This document shows, in pieces, positions 8,539 through 17,127 of a stretch of DNA of 41,545 nt. The notes below the pieces were generated by a model. That model made no database searches, was not told the origin of the DNA, and was given only the letters and a program-made list of their open reading frames with translations. Each line of letters starts with the position of its first letter. Position 1 is the first letter of the stretch. Source of the DNA: a virus (taxonomy: Duplodnaviria; Caudoviricetes); IMG/VR virus record IMGVR_UViG_3300048574_000389, positions 1 to 41,545 of that record, one strand, 5' to 3'. The position numbers and the translations under genes were made by a program.

Positions 8539-10458
8539 TTGAAAACTTTGATATTTGACATCGAGACCGATGGGTTCCTCGAAACGATGACTCGCGTCCA
8601 CTCGCTTGTCATCAAGTGCTTCGAGACCGGTGAGGTCTGGAGCATCCGGCAAGACAAGGTCGCTGACGGCCTGAGGATGCTCATGGAGGCTGACATCATT
8701 GTCGGCCACAACATCATCAAGTTCGACCTCCCGGCCCTCCAGAAGCTCTACCCGTGGTTCACCTACGACCGCAAGAAGGTCCTCGACACGATCATCATGT
8801 CGCGCCTGATCTGGACACAGATCGTGGACACCGACATGGCAAAGATCAGGGCAGGGACCACCACCCTGACCCCCGCGCTGGCCGGTTGGCACAGCCTGGA
8901 AGCCTGGGGGCACCGCCTGGGTAACTGGAAGGGCGACTACTCCAAGATGATGGAGGAGCGCGGCCTGGACCCATGGGCCGAGTGGTCCCAGGAAATGCAG
9001 GACTACTGCGAGCAGGACGTCTCCGTAAACGAAGACCTGTTCAAGCTGATCCTCGGCAAGGAATACGACCCCCGCGCCATCGAGCTGGAGCACTCCCTGG
9101 CCTTCATCATGGCCGAGATGGAGCGCACCGGCTTCGCCTTCGACATCCCCGCCGCCGAGCGTCTCTATGTGGACCTCGCGGGGAAACGCGAAGAACTCTC
9201 CCAGGAACTCCGCGACCTCTTCCCGCCGTGGTTCGTCCGCGACGGGACGGCGCTCACCAGCGTTCGGACGCCCAAGAAGGCCCACAAGACCCTCGGGTAC
9301 TGGGGCGAAGAGGGCGAGCCGTACATGGAGGAGTATGTCAAGGCATACGATCCCGACGACGGCTCCCCGATCATGCGGTTCCGCAAGGTCAAGCCGTTCA
9401 AGGGCTACCCGTACACCAAGATCAAGCTCAACATCTTCAACCCGAACTCCCGGGACCAGATCGCCGACCGCTTGATGCGGGTGCGCGGCTGGAAGCCCCG
9501 CGAGATGACCCCCGGCGGGAAACCGAAGGTGGACGAAGATGTCCTCGGGGAACTCAAGTACCCCGAAGCCAAGCGCCTCACCGAGTACATGTTGCTCCAG
9601 AAGCGCATCGGTCAGCTTTCCGAAGGCGACAACGCTTGGCTCAAGATGGTCAAGCCGAACGGACGCATCCACGGGTCCATCAACCAGAACGGTGCAGTCA
9701 CCGGACGTGCCACTCACAGCCGACCGAACATCGCCCAGGTCCCGAAGGTCGGGACGCTCTACGGAGCCGAATGCCGCGCCCTGTTCTACGCCGCGATGCC
9801 CGGAAGGGTTCAGCTAGGCTGCGACGTGTCCGGCCTGGAACTTCGAATGCTCGGCCACTTCATGGCGAAGCACGACGGCGGGGCCTATGGCCGCGAAGTC
9901 ATCGAAGGCGACATCCACACGCTCAACCAGAACGCCGCAGGACTACCGACCCGCGATAGCGCCAAGACCTTCATCTACGCCTTCCTCTACGGGGCTGGCG
10001 ACGGGAAGATCGGCTCGATCATCGGGAAGGGACGCCAAGCCGGTAAGGCCCTCAAGGCCAAGTTCTTCAAGCAGGTCCCCGCGCTCAAGAAGCTGATCGA
10101 GGGTGTCCAGAGGACCGCAGCGGCCAAAGGTCACCTAAAGGGCCTCGACGGGCGCCTCCTTCATGTCCGCTCGGAACACTCCGCGCTCAACACTCTCCTA
10201 CAATCAGCAGGTGCAATCGTGTGTAAGGCCTGGATCATCGAGTTCGACCGGCTCCTCCGCGAACGCGGTCTCCACAACGTGGTCTCGATTGTCGCCTGGG
10301 TTCACGACGAACTCCAGATGGAAGTCGTGGCGGAATACGCTGATGAGGTCGGAAAGGTTTGCGTCGAAGCTATTGAAAACGCAGGGATTTTCCTCGGCAT
10401 CCGTGTGCCGCTCACTGGTGAATACAAGATCGGAAAGAATTGGAAGGAATGTCACTAA
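8539..10458 (+). CDS. Family A DNA polymerase (gp5 homologue)
   Basis: Exo motifs FDIETDG, GHNIIKFD, YCEQDV; pol motifs DVSGLELR, RDSAKTFIYAFLYG, VHDE; TTG start. Confidence 0.97.
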   Translation: MKTLIFDIETDGFLETMTRVHSLVIKCFETGEVWSIRQDKVADGLRMLMEADIIVGHNIIKFDLPALQKLYPWFTYDRKKVLDTIIMSRLIWTQIVDTDMAKIRAGTTTLTPALAGWHSLEAWGHRLGNWKGDYSKMMEERGLDPWAEWSQEMQDYCEQDVSVNEDLFKLILGKEYDPRAIELEHSLAFIMAEMERTGFAFDIPAAERLYVDLAGKREELSQELRDLFPPWFVRDGTALTSVRTPKKAHKTLGYWGEEGEPYMEEYVKAYDPDDGSPIMRFRKVKPFKGYPYTKIKLNIFNPNSRDQIADRLMRVRGWKPREMTPGGKPKVDEDVLGELKYPEAKRLTEYMLLQKRIGQLSEGDNAWLKMVKPNGRIHGSINQNGAVTGRATHSRPNIAQVPKVGTLYGAECRALFYAAMPGRVQLGCDVSGLELRMLGHFMAKHDGGAYGREVIEGDIHTLNQNAAGLPTRDSAKTFIYAFLYGAGDGKIGSIIGKGRQAGKALKAKFFKQVPALKKLIEGVQRTAAAKGHLKGLDGRLLHVRSEHSALNTLLQSAGAIVCKAWIIEFDRLLRERGLHNVVSIVAWVHDELQMEVVAEYADEVGKVCVEAIENAGIFLGIRVPLTGEYKIGKNWKECH

Positions 10459-10721
10459 TGGCAAAACAGAACAGCGCTTTGGAACAGCGTGAAGTCGCCC
10501 CCGGGCTGATCGGAATGTCCCGTGGGGACACTACAATCAATGCGATTGTCTACGGCGTGGACGGCCTCTTCTACTTCTACCCAGTCACAGTCGAACAGGC
10601 CAACGCCTTGGAAGACTGGCACCTTGAAGGGGTGTGGTACGACGACCTGGAAGACATCCTCCCGGACGCCTCGAAGTACGACCTCGACATGATTTTAGCT
10701 GGCGAGGAACTGATCGATTGA
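10458..10721 (+). CDS. Hypothetical acidic protein
   Basis: TAATG overlap with the polA stop; AAGGA RBS. Confidence 0.7.
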   Translation: MAKQNSALEQREVAPGLIGMSRGDTTINAIVYGVDGLFYFYPVTVEQANALEDWHLEGVWYDDLEDILPDASKYDLDMILAGEELID

Positions 10722-11527
10722 AGACCCTTCTGATTGACGGCGACATGCTCGTCCATCGTTCCTGCATCGCGGTCGAGAAAGACACGCGGTTCCTGGATCG
10801 CTACCATATCCTCTTCTCCGACGCCGAGAACGCCTGGAATGTCCTCGTGGAAACCCTGGGTGAACTCGCGAACGCCGCAGACACCACCAAGGTAACCTTC
10901 ACGTTCTCCGACCCCGAAGTGAACTTCCGCAAGGACTTCGTCGGGGCAGACTACAAGTCGAACCGCGCCGGTTCCCGCAAGCCGCTGGCCTACTGGGACA
11001 CCCGCAAGCGCGTCGAGGAGAACTTCGAGAGCTTCATGTACCCGACCCTGGAAGCCGATGACGTGATGGGCATCATCATGACCTCGGCCCCAGACAAGTA
11101 CATCCTGTGGTCCCTCGACAAGGACCTCAAGCAAATCCCCGGGCACCACCTGGTGGACGACGAAGTCATCGTACGCGACCTCGCGTCGTGCGACCGCTTC
11201 TTCTACCTCCAGACCCTCGCGGGTGACGTGACGGACGGCTACTCCGGGTGCCCAGGTATCGGAGTGGATCGCGCCTCCAAGTACCTCGACCAGGGCCTCA
11301 AGGTGGTCCCGGTACCCTACGAGCTGACCCGTGGTCCCCGCAAGGGACAGACCGAGACTCGGTGGGAAGACACACTCTCGGACAGTCCATGGGAAACCGT
11401 GGTGTCCCACTACGAGAAGGCCGGTCTCACCGAAGACGACGCCCTCCTCAATGCCCGGATGGCTCGCATCCTCCGGGACGAAGACTACAAGAATGGGAAA
11501 GTCATCCCTTGGCACCCGCAGACGTAA
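10718..11527 (+). CDS. 5'-3' exonuclease (gp6 homologue)
   Basis: LLIDGD, YKSNR, LEADDVMGI, DKDLKQIPG, GDVTDGYSGCPGIG; TTG start at 10718. Confidence 0.95.
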   Translation: MKTLLIDGDMLVHRSCIAVEKDTRFLDRYHILFSDAENAWNVLVETLGELANAADTTKVTFTFSDPEVNFRKDFVGADYKSNRAGSRKPLAYWDTRKRVEENFESFMYPTLEADDVMGIIMTSAPDKYILWSLDKDLKQIPGHHLVDDEVIVRDLASCDRFFYLQTLAGDVTDGYSGCPGIGVDRASKYLDQGLKVVPVPYELTRGPRKGQTETRWEDTLSDSPWETVVSHYEKAGLTEDDALLNARMARILRDEDYKNGKVIPWHPQT

Positions 11528-11805
11528 CGCAGAACTTCACCACTCCAGCCCCGCCAGCGCCCTGGTTGGCTGCTCCCCCAACCACGCCTTCGGCGTTCGC
11601 CGCCCAGGTTGGTGGCTCCCACTACAAGGACATGGCGATCCAGCCCCTTGAGTACATCATGGCGAATGGCATCCCCTTCGCCGAAGGCAACGTGATCAAG
11701 TATCTCTCGCGATGGCGGAAGAAGAACGGCCTCCAGGACCTCGAAAAGGGTCTGGACATGCTCCAGAAGATCATCGAGCAGGTCAAATCTGGCGACTATA
11801 AATGA
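11509..11805 (+). CDS. DUF3310 / gp1.7-like nucleotide kinase domain protein (start uncertain)
   Basis: QVGGSHY...QPLEYI...FAEGNVIKYLSRWRKKNGLQDLEK. Confidence 0.8.
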   Translation: MAPADVTQNFTTPAPPAPWLAAPPTTPSAFAAQVGGSHYKDMAIQPLEYIMANGIPFAEGNVIKYLSRWRKKNGLQDLEKGLDMLQKIIEQVKSGDYK

Positions 11806-11810
11806 CATCA

Positions 11811-11840
11811 AGGGGTCTCTTCGGAGGCCCCTTTTTGTTT
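11811..11840 (+). terminator. Intrinsic terminator ending the DNA-metabolism block
   Basis: AGGGGTCTC-TTCG-GAGGCCCCT followed by TTTTGTTT. Confidence 0.9.
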
Positions 11841-11854
11841 GTCAAGAGAAAAAT

Positions 11855-11877
11855 AATTACCCCTCCATATAGAGAGA
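11855..11877 (+). promoter_or_regulatory. Candidate phage-RNAP late promoter
   Basis: AATTACCCCTCCATATAGAGAGA resembles the T3 consensus AATTAACCCTCACTAAAGGGAGA; lies right after the terminator and before the structural genes. Confidence 0.55.
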
Positions 11878-11890
11878 TACGAAGAAAATC

Positions 11891-12067
11891 ATGAATGTTC
11901 TTCAAAGACCCCAAGATAACCCTCCAGTTACTCAGGCTCTTATAGACTACTTGGAAAAAAGATACCCTCTAAGGTTATTCAAGTCTTTCAAGAGTCTAGA
12001 GCAGATGTACTCATACCAAGGCACCTTAGAGGTCGTAGACCACTTGAAGAGCCTTCTCACGAAATAG
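11891..12067 (+). CDS. Small protein at the gp6.5-like position (58 aa)
   Basis: MNVLQRPQDNPPVTQALIDYLEKRYP...YQGTLEVVDHLKSLLTK; too short to appear in the ORF track. Confidence 0.65.
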   Translation: MNVLQRPQDNPPVTQALIDYLEKRYPLRLFKSFKSLEQMYSYQGTLEVVDHLKSLLTK

Positions 12068-12079
12068 TGAGTTACCCTC

Positions 12080-12343
12080 ATGTGCTTCGCAGCTAAGGCC
12101 CAGAAGGTCGCTGCCCCTGCGGCACCCGCAGAAACCCTCCAGCAGCCTGTCCCGGACAAGAAGACGGATACCGCGTCAGCCCCTACCACCGATAGCGGTG
12201 AGAAGGTCTCGACCATCGCCGATCCGACGAACCCGACGAGCACGCTCGCCATCGGTACGAAGAAGTACCGCAACGATAGCGGACTCGGTTCAGCAGGTCT
12301 CACGATCGCTGGTGCACCGACCGGCATCCCCCTCGCGACCTAA
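12080..12343 (+). CDS. Virion assembly protein (gp7.3-like)
   Basis: MCF start, Pro/Ala-rich, immediately upstream of portal. Confidence 0.7.
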   Translation: MCFAAKAQKVAAPAAPAETLQQPVPDKKTDTASAPTTDSGEKVSTIADPTNPTSTLAIGTKKYRNDSGLGSAGLTIAGAPTGIPLAT

Positions 12344-12349
12344 TCACTG

Positions 12350-13999
12350 ATGACCGAACAGGAAACAACTGTCCTGCCGGTGGATGACGCCGACGCGGCA
12401 CTTTACGCACGGCTGGAGACAGCCCGGGCGGATTTCCTGTACCGCGCTCGGGCAAACGCCGAGCTAACCATTCCGTCCCTGATGCCCCCCGAGGGGCACT
12501 CAGCGGCCTCCCAACTCTACAAGCCGTGGCAGTCCATCGGCTCGCATGGCGTTAACACGCTGACCTCCAAGCTAATCATGACGCTGCTGCCGCCGAACTC
12601 TCCGATGTTCCGGTATTCGTACAGCGATCAGGTGATCGAGGAGCTGGCCCAGGACAAGACGCTCCGCGCCGACGTGGACAAGAAGCTCAACGAGATCGAG
12701 CGAGCCGTCCAGGACGAGATCGAAGGTCTCAGCATACGTGCCGCCCTTGTGGAGGCCGTGAAGCACCTGATCGTCTGCGGGAACGTCCTGATCTACCTGC
12801 CGAAGTCCGGTAACCTCCGCATCTTCCGCCTGGATCGCTACGTCGTCCAAAGGGACTACGAGGGCAATCTGCTGCGCATCATCATCAAGGAAACCGTCGC
12901 GAAGGAAACCCTTCCCGAGCAGGTCCAGTTGATGCTCCAGACCCCGAGTGAACTCCCGTCCGACCAGAACGGGAAGGTGGATGAGAAGGAGTTCGACGTC
13001 TACACCGTGTTCCAGCGCCAGGGCGACCGCATCGTGACGCACCAGTCCATCAAGGGCATGGTCCTCCCAGGCTCTACCGGGTCCTGGAAGCTCGATAAGT
13101 CGCCAGTGATGGCCCTCAGGTGGACCTACATCCACGACGAGGACTACGGACGCGCCTACATTGACGAGTACATCGGTGACCTGACCGGCGCGGAAGCGCT
13201 CTCCAAGGCTCTCAGACAGGCCGCAGCGGCTTCCTCCAAGATCAACCCGATGGTCAACCCGACCGGCCTCACGAGGGCCGAGGACATCGCGAACGCCGAG
13301 AACCTTGAGGTCATCTCGGGCCGCGCCGATGACGTGACCATGTTGCAGTTCGACAAGCAAGCCGACATGCAGGTGACCCAGAGTGTCCTCCAGGACCTAA
13401 TCGCCCGTCTGTCCCATGCGTTCATGATGAACAAGTCGGTGCAGCGTAACGGCGAGCGCGTGACAGCCGAAGAAGTCCGCACCATGATCTCCGACCTGGA
13501 CGACGTCCTTGGCGGCATCTACTCGCTCCTGGCTCAGGAACTCCAGTTGCCTCTAGTCTCCCGCATCATCGACCGGATGGAGCGCGAGAAGAAGGTTCCG
13601 AAGCTTTCGTCGCTCAAGGGTCCCGATGGGAAACCTGTAGCTCGACCGAAGATCGTTACCGGTATCGAAGCGCTTGGCCGAGGCCATGACTACAACAAGT
13701 ACATGACGTTCGTCCGCGACGTGCTGGCACCGATTGGTGACATGGCATGGCAGGAGGTCAACGTCAGCGACTTCATTAAACGAGCAGCCGTATCGCTATC
13801 CATCGACACTGATGGTCTCCTCAAGTCCGAGGAGGACAAGCAAGCCGCGCTCGCTAAGCAGCAAGGCCTCCAGCAGGGCCAGATGAACCAGCAGATGCTT
13901 ATGGACATGGTGAAGGGGGCAGCGCCCCAGGTCGCCAAGGTCGCATCTGAGGGTATCGCTGCACAGATGACAGGAGCGCCGGATGGCCTCGTTCAATAA
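12350..13999 (+). CDS. Portal / head-tail connector (gp8 homologue)
   Basis: LTIPSL, PWQSIGSHGVNTLTSKL, YVVQRD, EDYGR, ERVTAEEVR, LGGIYSLLAQELQLPL, TGIEALGRG. Confidence 0.97.
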   Translation: MTEQETTVLPVDDADAALYARLETARADFLYRARANAELTIPSLMPPEGHSAASQLYKPWQSIGSHGVNTLTSKLIMTLLPPNSPMFRYSYSDQVIEELAQDKTLRADVDKKLNEIERAVQDEIEGLSIRAALVEAVKHLIVCGNVLIYLPKSGNLRIFRLDRYVVQRDYEGNLLRIIIKETVAKETLPEQVQLMLQTPSELPSDQNGKVDEKEFDVYTVFQRQGDRIVTHQSIKGMVLPGSTGSWKLDKSPVMALRWTYIHDEDYGRAYIDEYIGDLTGAEALSKALRQAAAASSKINPMVNPTGLTRAEDIANAENLEVISGRADDVTMLQFDKQADMQVTQSVLQDLIARLSHAFMMNKSVQRNGERVTAEEVRTMISDLDDVLGGIYSLLAQELQLPLVSRIIDRMEREKKVPKLSSLKGPDGKPVARPKIVTGIEALGRGHDYNKYMTFVRDVLAPIGDMAWQEVNVSDFIKRAAVSLSIDTDGLLKSEEDKQAALAKQQGLQQGQMNQQMLMDMVKGAAPQVAKVASEGIAAQMTGAPDGLVQ

Positions 14000-14471
14000 C
14001 TCCTTCGCAGCCGCCCGGAAAGCCGGGAAGTCCACGTTCATGTGGAACGGCAAGAAGTACAACACCAAGATGGCGTCGTCCTCGACCCCCAAGAAGGGTC
14101 CGGTACCGAAGGCCAAGCCATCCCAGGCGAAACCCGCAGCCGCACCCGCGAAGCCTCGGCCCGTTCAGGGTCCCCAACCGGCTAAGGCCGTGGGGATCGC
14201 CCGTCCGAACTCGCCTATCGCCAAGGCAGCAGCCCGTCAGGCCAATGCCCCGAAGGCCCCTTCGAAGCCCCCTACCGGACTAAGCGCTAAGCCTTCGCAG
14301 ATCGCCGCAGGTGTATCCGCCCGGAAGGCCAAGGAAGACCTAGCTTCTCGCAAGCAGGGTCCGCAGCCCGAAGGCGTCTGGTACGCCAAGAAGGGGTCCC
14401 CGATGTCCATCGGTGCGGCCCGTCGAGCCAACGCCCCGAAGCCTAAGAAGCGGACCGGCGGCGGCTGGTAA
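13983..14471 (+). CDS. Highly basic K/A/P-rich protein with N-terminal F..AR..G...F.WNGKKY.T module
   Basis: AGGAG RBS; composition; overlaps the portal end. Confidence 0.75.
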   Translation: MASFNNSFAAARKAGKSTFMWNGKKYNTKMASSSTPKKGPVPKAKPSQAKPAAAPAKPRPVQGPQPAKAVGIARPNSPIAKAAARQANAPKAPSKPPTGLSAKPSQIAAGVSARKAKEDLASRKQGPQPEGVWYAKKGSPMSIGAARRANAPKPKKRTGGGW

Positions 14472-14598
14472 CTGAAATGAACCCTCCACGCCTCTCGAAG
14501 AAGCGCACCCGGAGGGTCCCTCTTGTATCCCCCGGACCGGCCTCTGCTTGCAAGCCGCCGGGGCATGTTCCTTTCATCCCCCAACGAAGAGCAAACCA

Positions 14599-15447
14599 TT
14601 GACATCCGTACAGACCACGACAATCGCAGAAACCTCCAGTTCCGACCCGTCCCTCGAAGCCCAGTATGAGGCACTCAAGGCCGAAGGTCTTGTTTCCGAT
14701 GACGCCGAAGGCGCGTCCACCGAGACCCCGCAAGTTGCTCAAGGGGGAGCAGAGGGTGAGCAGGACGGTGGCGAAGATCGCCCCTCCTGGCTCCCTGAAA
14801 AGTACGCCACGGTCGAAGACTACCTCGCTTATGTGAAAGAGCTTGAGGAAGGCAAGACCCAGGAGGACCCCGAAGAAACCCCGGAGTACGCCGAGGCCAC
14901 CCCGGAAGAGCGGAAGGCAGCCGAAGAAGCCACCGCCCGTGCCGGTCTCGACCTCAACAACGTCTCCAAGGAATGGTTCGACAACGGTGGTCTCACCGAC
15001 GACACCTACGCCAAGCTTGAGAAGGCCGGTTATCCGAAGGACATGGTGGACATCTATATCGAAGGTCTCACCAGCCGCACGAACTCCGCAGTAAACGACG
15101 CCTATGCGCTCGTCGGCGGCGAAGACAAGTACGGTGAGATGATTGATTGGGCCGTGGACAATCTGTCCGACGCTCAGCAGAAGGCGTTCGACGCCGCCAT
15201 CAACTCCAATAACCCCGCCAAGGCGATGCTCGCCATCAAGGGTCTCAAGGCCGACTGGACCGCAGCACTCGCCGCTGACGCCTCCGAGGAACCCGAGGTC
15301 CAGATCAATGGCAAGGGTGGCCCGAAGGCTGACACGTATGCGTCCCTGGACGACTACATGGAAGACTTGAACGACCCCCGCTACGACACCAACGAGACCT
15401 TCCGCAAAAAGGTTGCCCAGAAGCTCTCCCGCTCGAGGATCATGTAA
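14599..15447 (+). CDS. Capsid scaffolding protein (gp9 homologue)
   Basis: RPSWLPEKY, YAKLEKAGY, VGGEDKYGEMIDWA, DPRYDTNETFRKKV; probable TTG start. Confidence 0.92.
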   Translation: MTSVQTTTIAETSSSDPSLEAQYEALKAEGLVSDDAEGASTETPQVAQGGAEGEQDGGEDRPSWLPEKYATVEDYLAYVKELEEGKTQEDPEETPEYAEATPEERKAAEEATARAGLDLNNVSKEWFDNGGLTDDTYAKLEKAGYPKDMVDIYIEGLTSRTNSAVNDAYALVGGEDKYGEMIDWAVDNLSDAQQKAFDAAINSNNPAKAMLAIKGLKADWTAALAADASEEPEVQINGKGGPKADTYASLDDYMEDLNDPRYDTNETFRKKVAQKLSRSRIM

Positions 15448-15633
15448 ATGCACGTCGAAATCCAGAGAAACGAGAGCAGTCAGCCGTTGGTCTACGAAGG
15501 CGTCCTGAACTCCTACACCAAGGGTCCGATGTACTGCGTCATGTTCCTCAAGGATGGCGAGCGGGTGACCCACAAGTTCCCTCTCTGCTCGCTGTTCCGT
15601 GTGATTGAGGACTACCTCCCAAGTAAGAAATAG
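15448..15633 (+). CDS. Hypothetical protein (61 aa)
   Basis: Starts immediately after the scaffold stop. Confidence 0.7.
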   Translation: MHVEIQRNESSQPLVYEGVLNSYTKGPMYCVMFLKDGERVTHKFPLCSLFRVIEDYLPSKK

Positions 15634-15640
15634 GACCTCC

Positions 15641-15877
15641 ATGGCGAGAGACTACAAGAAGGAATATGCGGCCTCTCGCCGTCCTGATCGCCGCGCCGAC
15701 AACATCGCCCGGAAACGGGCACGGCGGCTCATGATCAAGAAGCATGGGACAGCCGCCCTCAAGGGCAAAGAGGTTGACCACAAGAAGCCCCTGGCAACCG
15801 GGGGTTCCAACTCGATGAGCAACCTCGCCATCCTTTCTCGCGCTGCCAATCGCAAGAAGCAGCCGAAGCGTAAATAA
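15641..15877 (+). CDS. Small HNH-like protein
   Basis: AGGA RBS; MARDYKKEY...EVDHKKPLATGGSNSMSNL...ANR. Confidence 0.8.
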   Translation: MARDYKKEYAASRRPDRRADNIARKRARRLMIKKHGTAALKGKEVDHKKPLATGGSNSMSNLAILSRAANRKKQPKRK

Positions 15878-15890
15878 CCCAGGAAATCCC

Positions 15891-16337
15891 GTGCGTAAGA
15901 TCAATCTCCTCGTGTGGCACTGCACCGCCACGCCTGAGGGCAAGGACTTCACGGTCGATGACGTTCGCCGCTGGCATAAGGCCCGTGGCTTTAGCGCTGT
16001 CGGCTACCACTTCCTCGTCCATCTGGACGGACGCATTGAGGCCGGTCGCCCCGTCGATCAGGTCGGTGCTCACGTCCAGGGCTACAACACCAACTCCATC
16101 GGATGCTCCTATTTCGGAGGCGTCGATGCGGACAACCCGGCGAAGGCCGAGGACACACGCACGGAAGCCCAGAAGAAGGCCATGATCGCCCTCACGAAGA
16201 AGCTCGTGAAGGAATACCCAGGCATCGAGCGGATCGCAGGACACAACGAGTTTGCCGCCAAGGCTTGCCCGTCCTTCGATGTCCGAACGGACGCCCTGGG
16301 GAACATCCCAGGCTTCAAGGCAGGTAAACGCCAGTGA
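15891..16337 (+). CDS. Endolysin, N-acetylmuramoyl-L-alanine amidase (gp3.5-like)
   Basis: VWHCTAT, WHKARGF..VGYHF, GAHVQGYN, GHNEFAAKACPSF. Confidence 0.95.
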   Translation: MRKINLLVWHCTATPEGKDFTVDDVRRWHKARGFSAVGYHFLVHLDGRIEAGRPVDQVGAHVQGYNTNSIGCSYFGGVDADNPAKAEDTRTEAQKKAMIALTKKLVKEYPGIERIAGHNEFAAKACPSFDVRTDALGNIPGFKAGKRQ

Positions 16338-16564
16338 CCCAGAAGACCTCGAAACGGAGGACCTCGAAGTTACTCCTCGGGGTCAACACGGTCCTCGCGT
16401 GGGCCGCGATCTACTTCGCCATCGCGATGAACCAAGCCGCAGCCGTGGTCACGACCCTCGTCGGCGTGATCCTCGCTGGCTATGGCATCTACACAGGCAT
16501 CGGACACCTAGACCTCCGGGTCGCCATGTCCCAACTCAAGGACCGAGATGATCCTGTTTCTTAG
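16334..16564 (+). CDS. Putative holin
   Basis: 76 aa, two hydrophobic segments, basic N-terminus, between endolysin and spanins. Confidence 0.7.
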   Translation: MTQKTSKRRTSKLLLGVNTVLAWAAIYFAIAMNQAAAVVTTLVGVILAGYGIYTGIGHLDLRVAMSQLKDRDDPVS

Positions 16565-16874
16565 GAAATACTGGACGCACATTGCCGTCGTCCTAGCGCT
16601 CGCCGTCGCAATAACGGCCATCTACCAGAAGGGTGTCTCTGACGCCGCTTCACGACAGACCAGAAAGCAGCTTGCCGCGGCCATTGAGACCATCAAGGTC
16701 ACCAAAGCGGCCTACGCCGAAGACGCCAAGGCCCTCATTACCTCCAAGGTTCGTGAGGCTGAACTGGACGCGCAGATAGGCGAATTGAGCGAGTATGTCT
16801 CCGATCTCGAAGACGCTAATCACGAGTGCCTTTCTGGCGCTGACACTGACCAGTTGCGTAAGCTCTGGAAGTAA
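16548..16874 (+). CDS. Rz-like inner-membrane spanin
   Basis: N-terminal TM helix, coiled coil, C-terminal Cys. Confidence 0.75.
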   Translation: MILFLRKYWTHIAVVLALAVAITAIYQKGVSDAASRQTRKQLAAAIETIKVTKAAYAEDAKALITSKVREAELDAQIGELSEYVSDLEDANHECLSGADTDQLRKLWK

Positions 16875-17067
16875 CTGGAGGCTGGACTACCCGGTGCTCC
16901 CCGCAGACCTCCAGGTCTGTTTCGACAAGAAGGTTCCAGCTCCAGAGCGCGGCACCAAGTCAAAAGCGCAGCTAATCCAACTCATAGCTGCCCTGAAAAG
17001 GTCTGATGACGCGAAGTCCGACTGCGGTCGCCGACTGATCGCGTTCTACGAGAACCTCTCCAGATAA
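16795..17067 (+). CDS. Rz1-like outer-membrane spanin lipoprotein
   Basis: Overlaps Rz; lipobox LTSC; Pro-rich with further Cys. Confidence 0.75.
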   Translation: MSPISKTLITSAFLALTLTSCVSSGSNWRLDYPVLPADLQVCFDKKVPAPERGTKSKAQLIQLIAALKRSDDAKSDCGRRLIAFYENLSR

Positions 17068-17127
17068 CTACCCCCTTACTTCGCACGGCCTCAGTTGCCG
17101 TGTGCTCGATTTATTCGAGAAAAATCA

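Noticed and set aside
8973-9959. 328-aa alternative-frame ORF inside polA
   Set aside because: Arg/Pro/Gly-rich frame artefact of GC-rich codon usage
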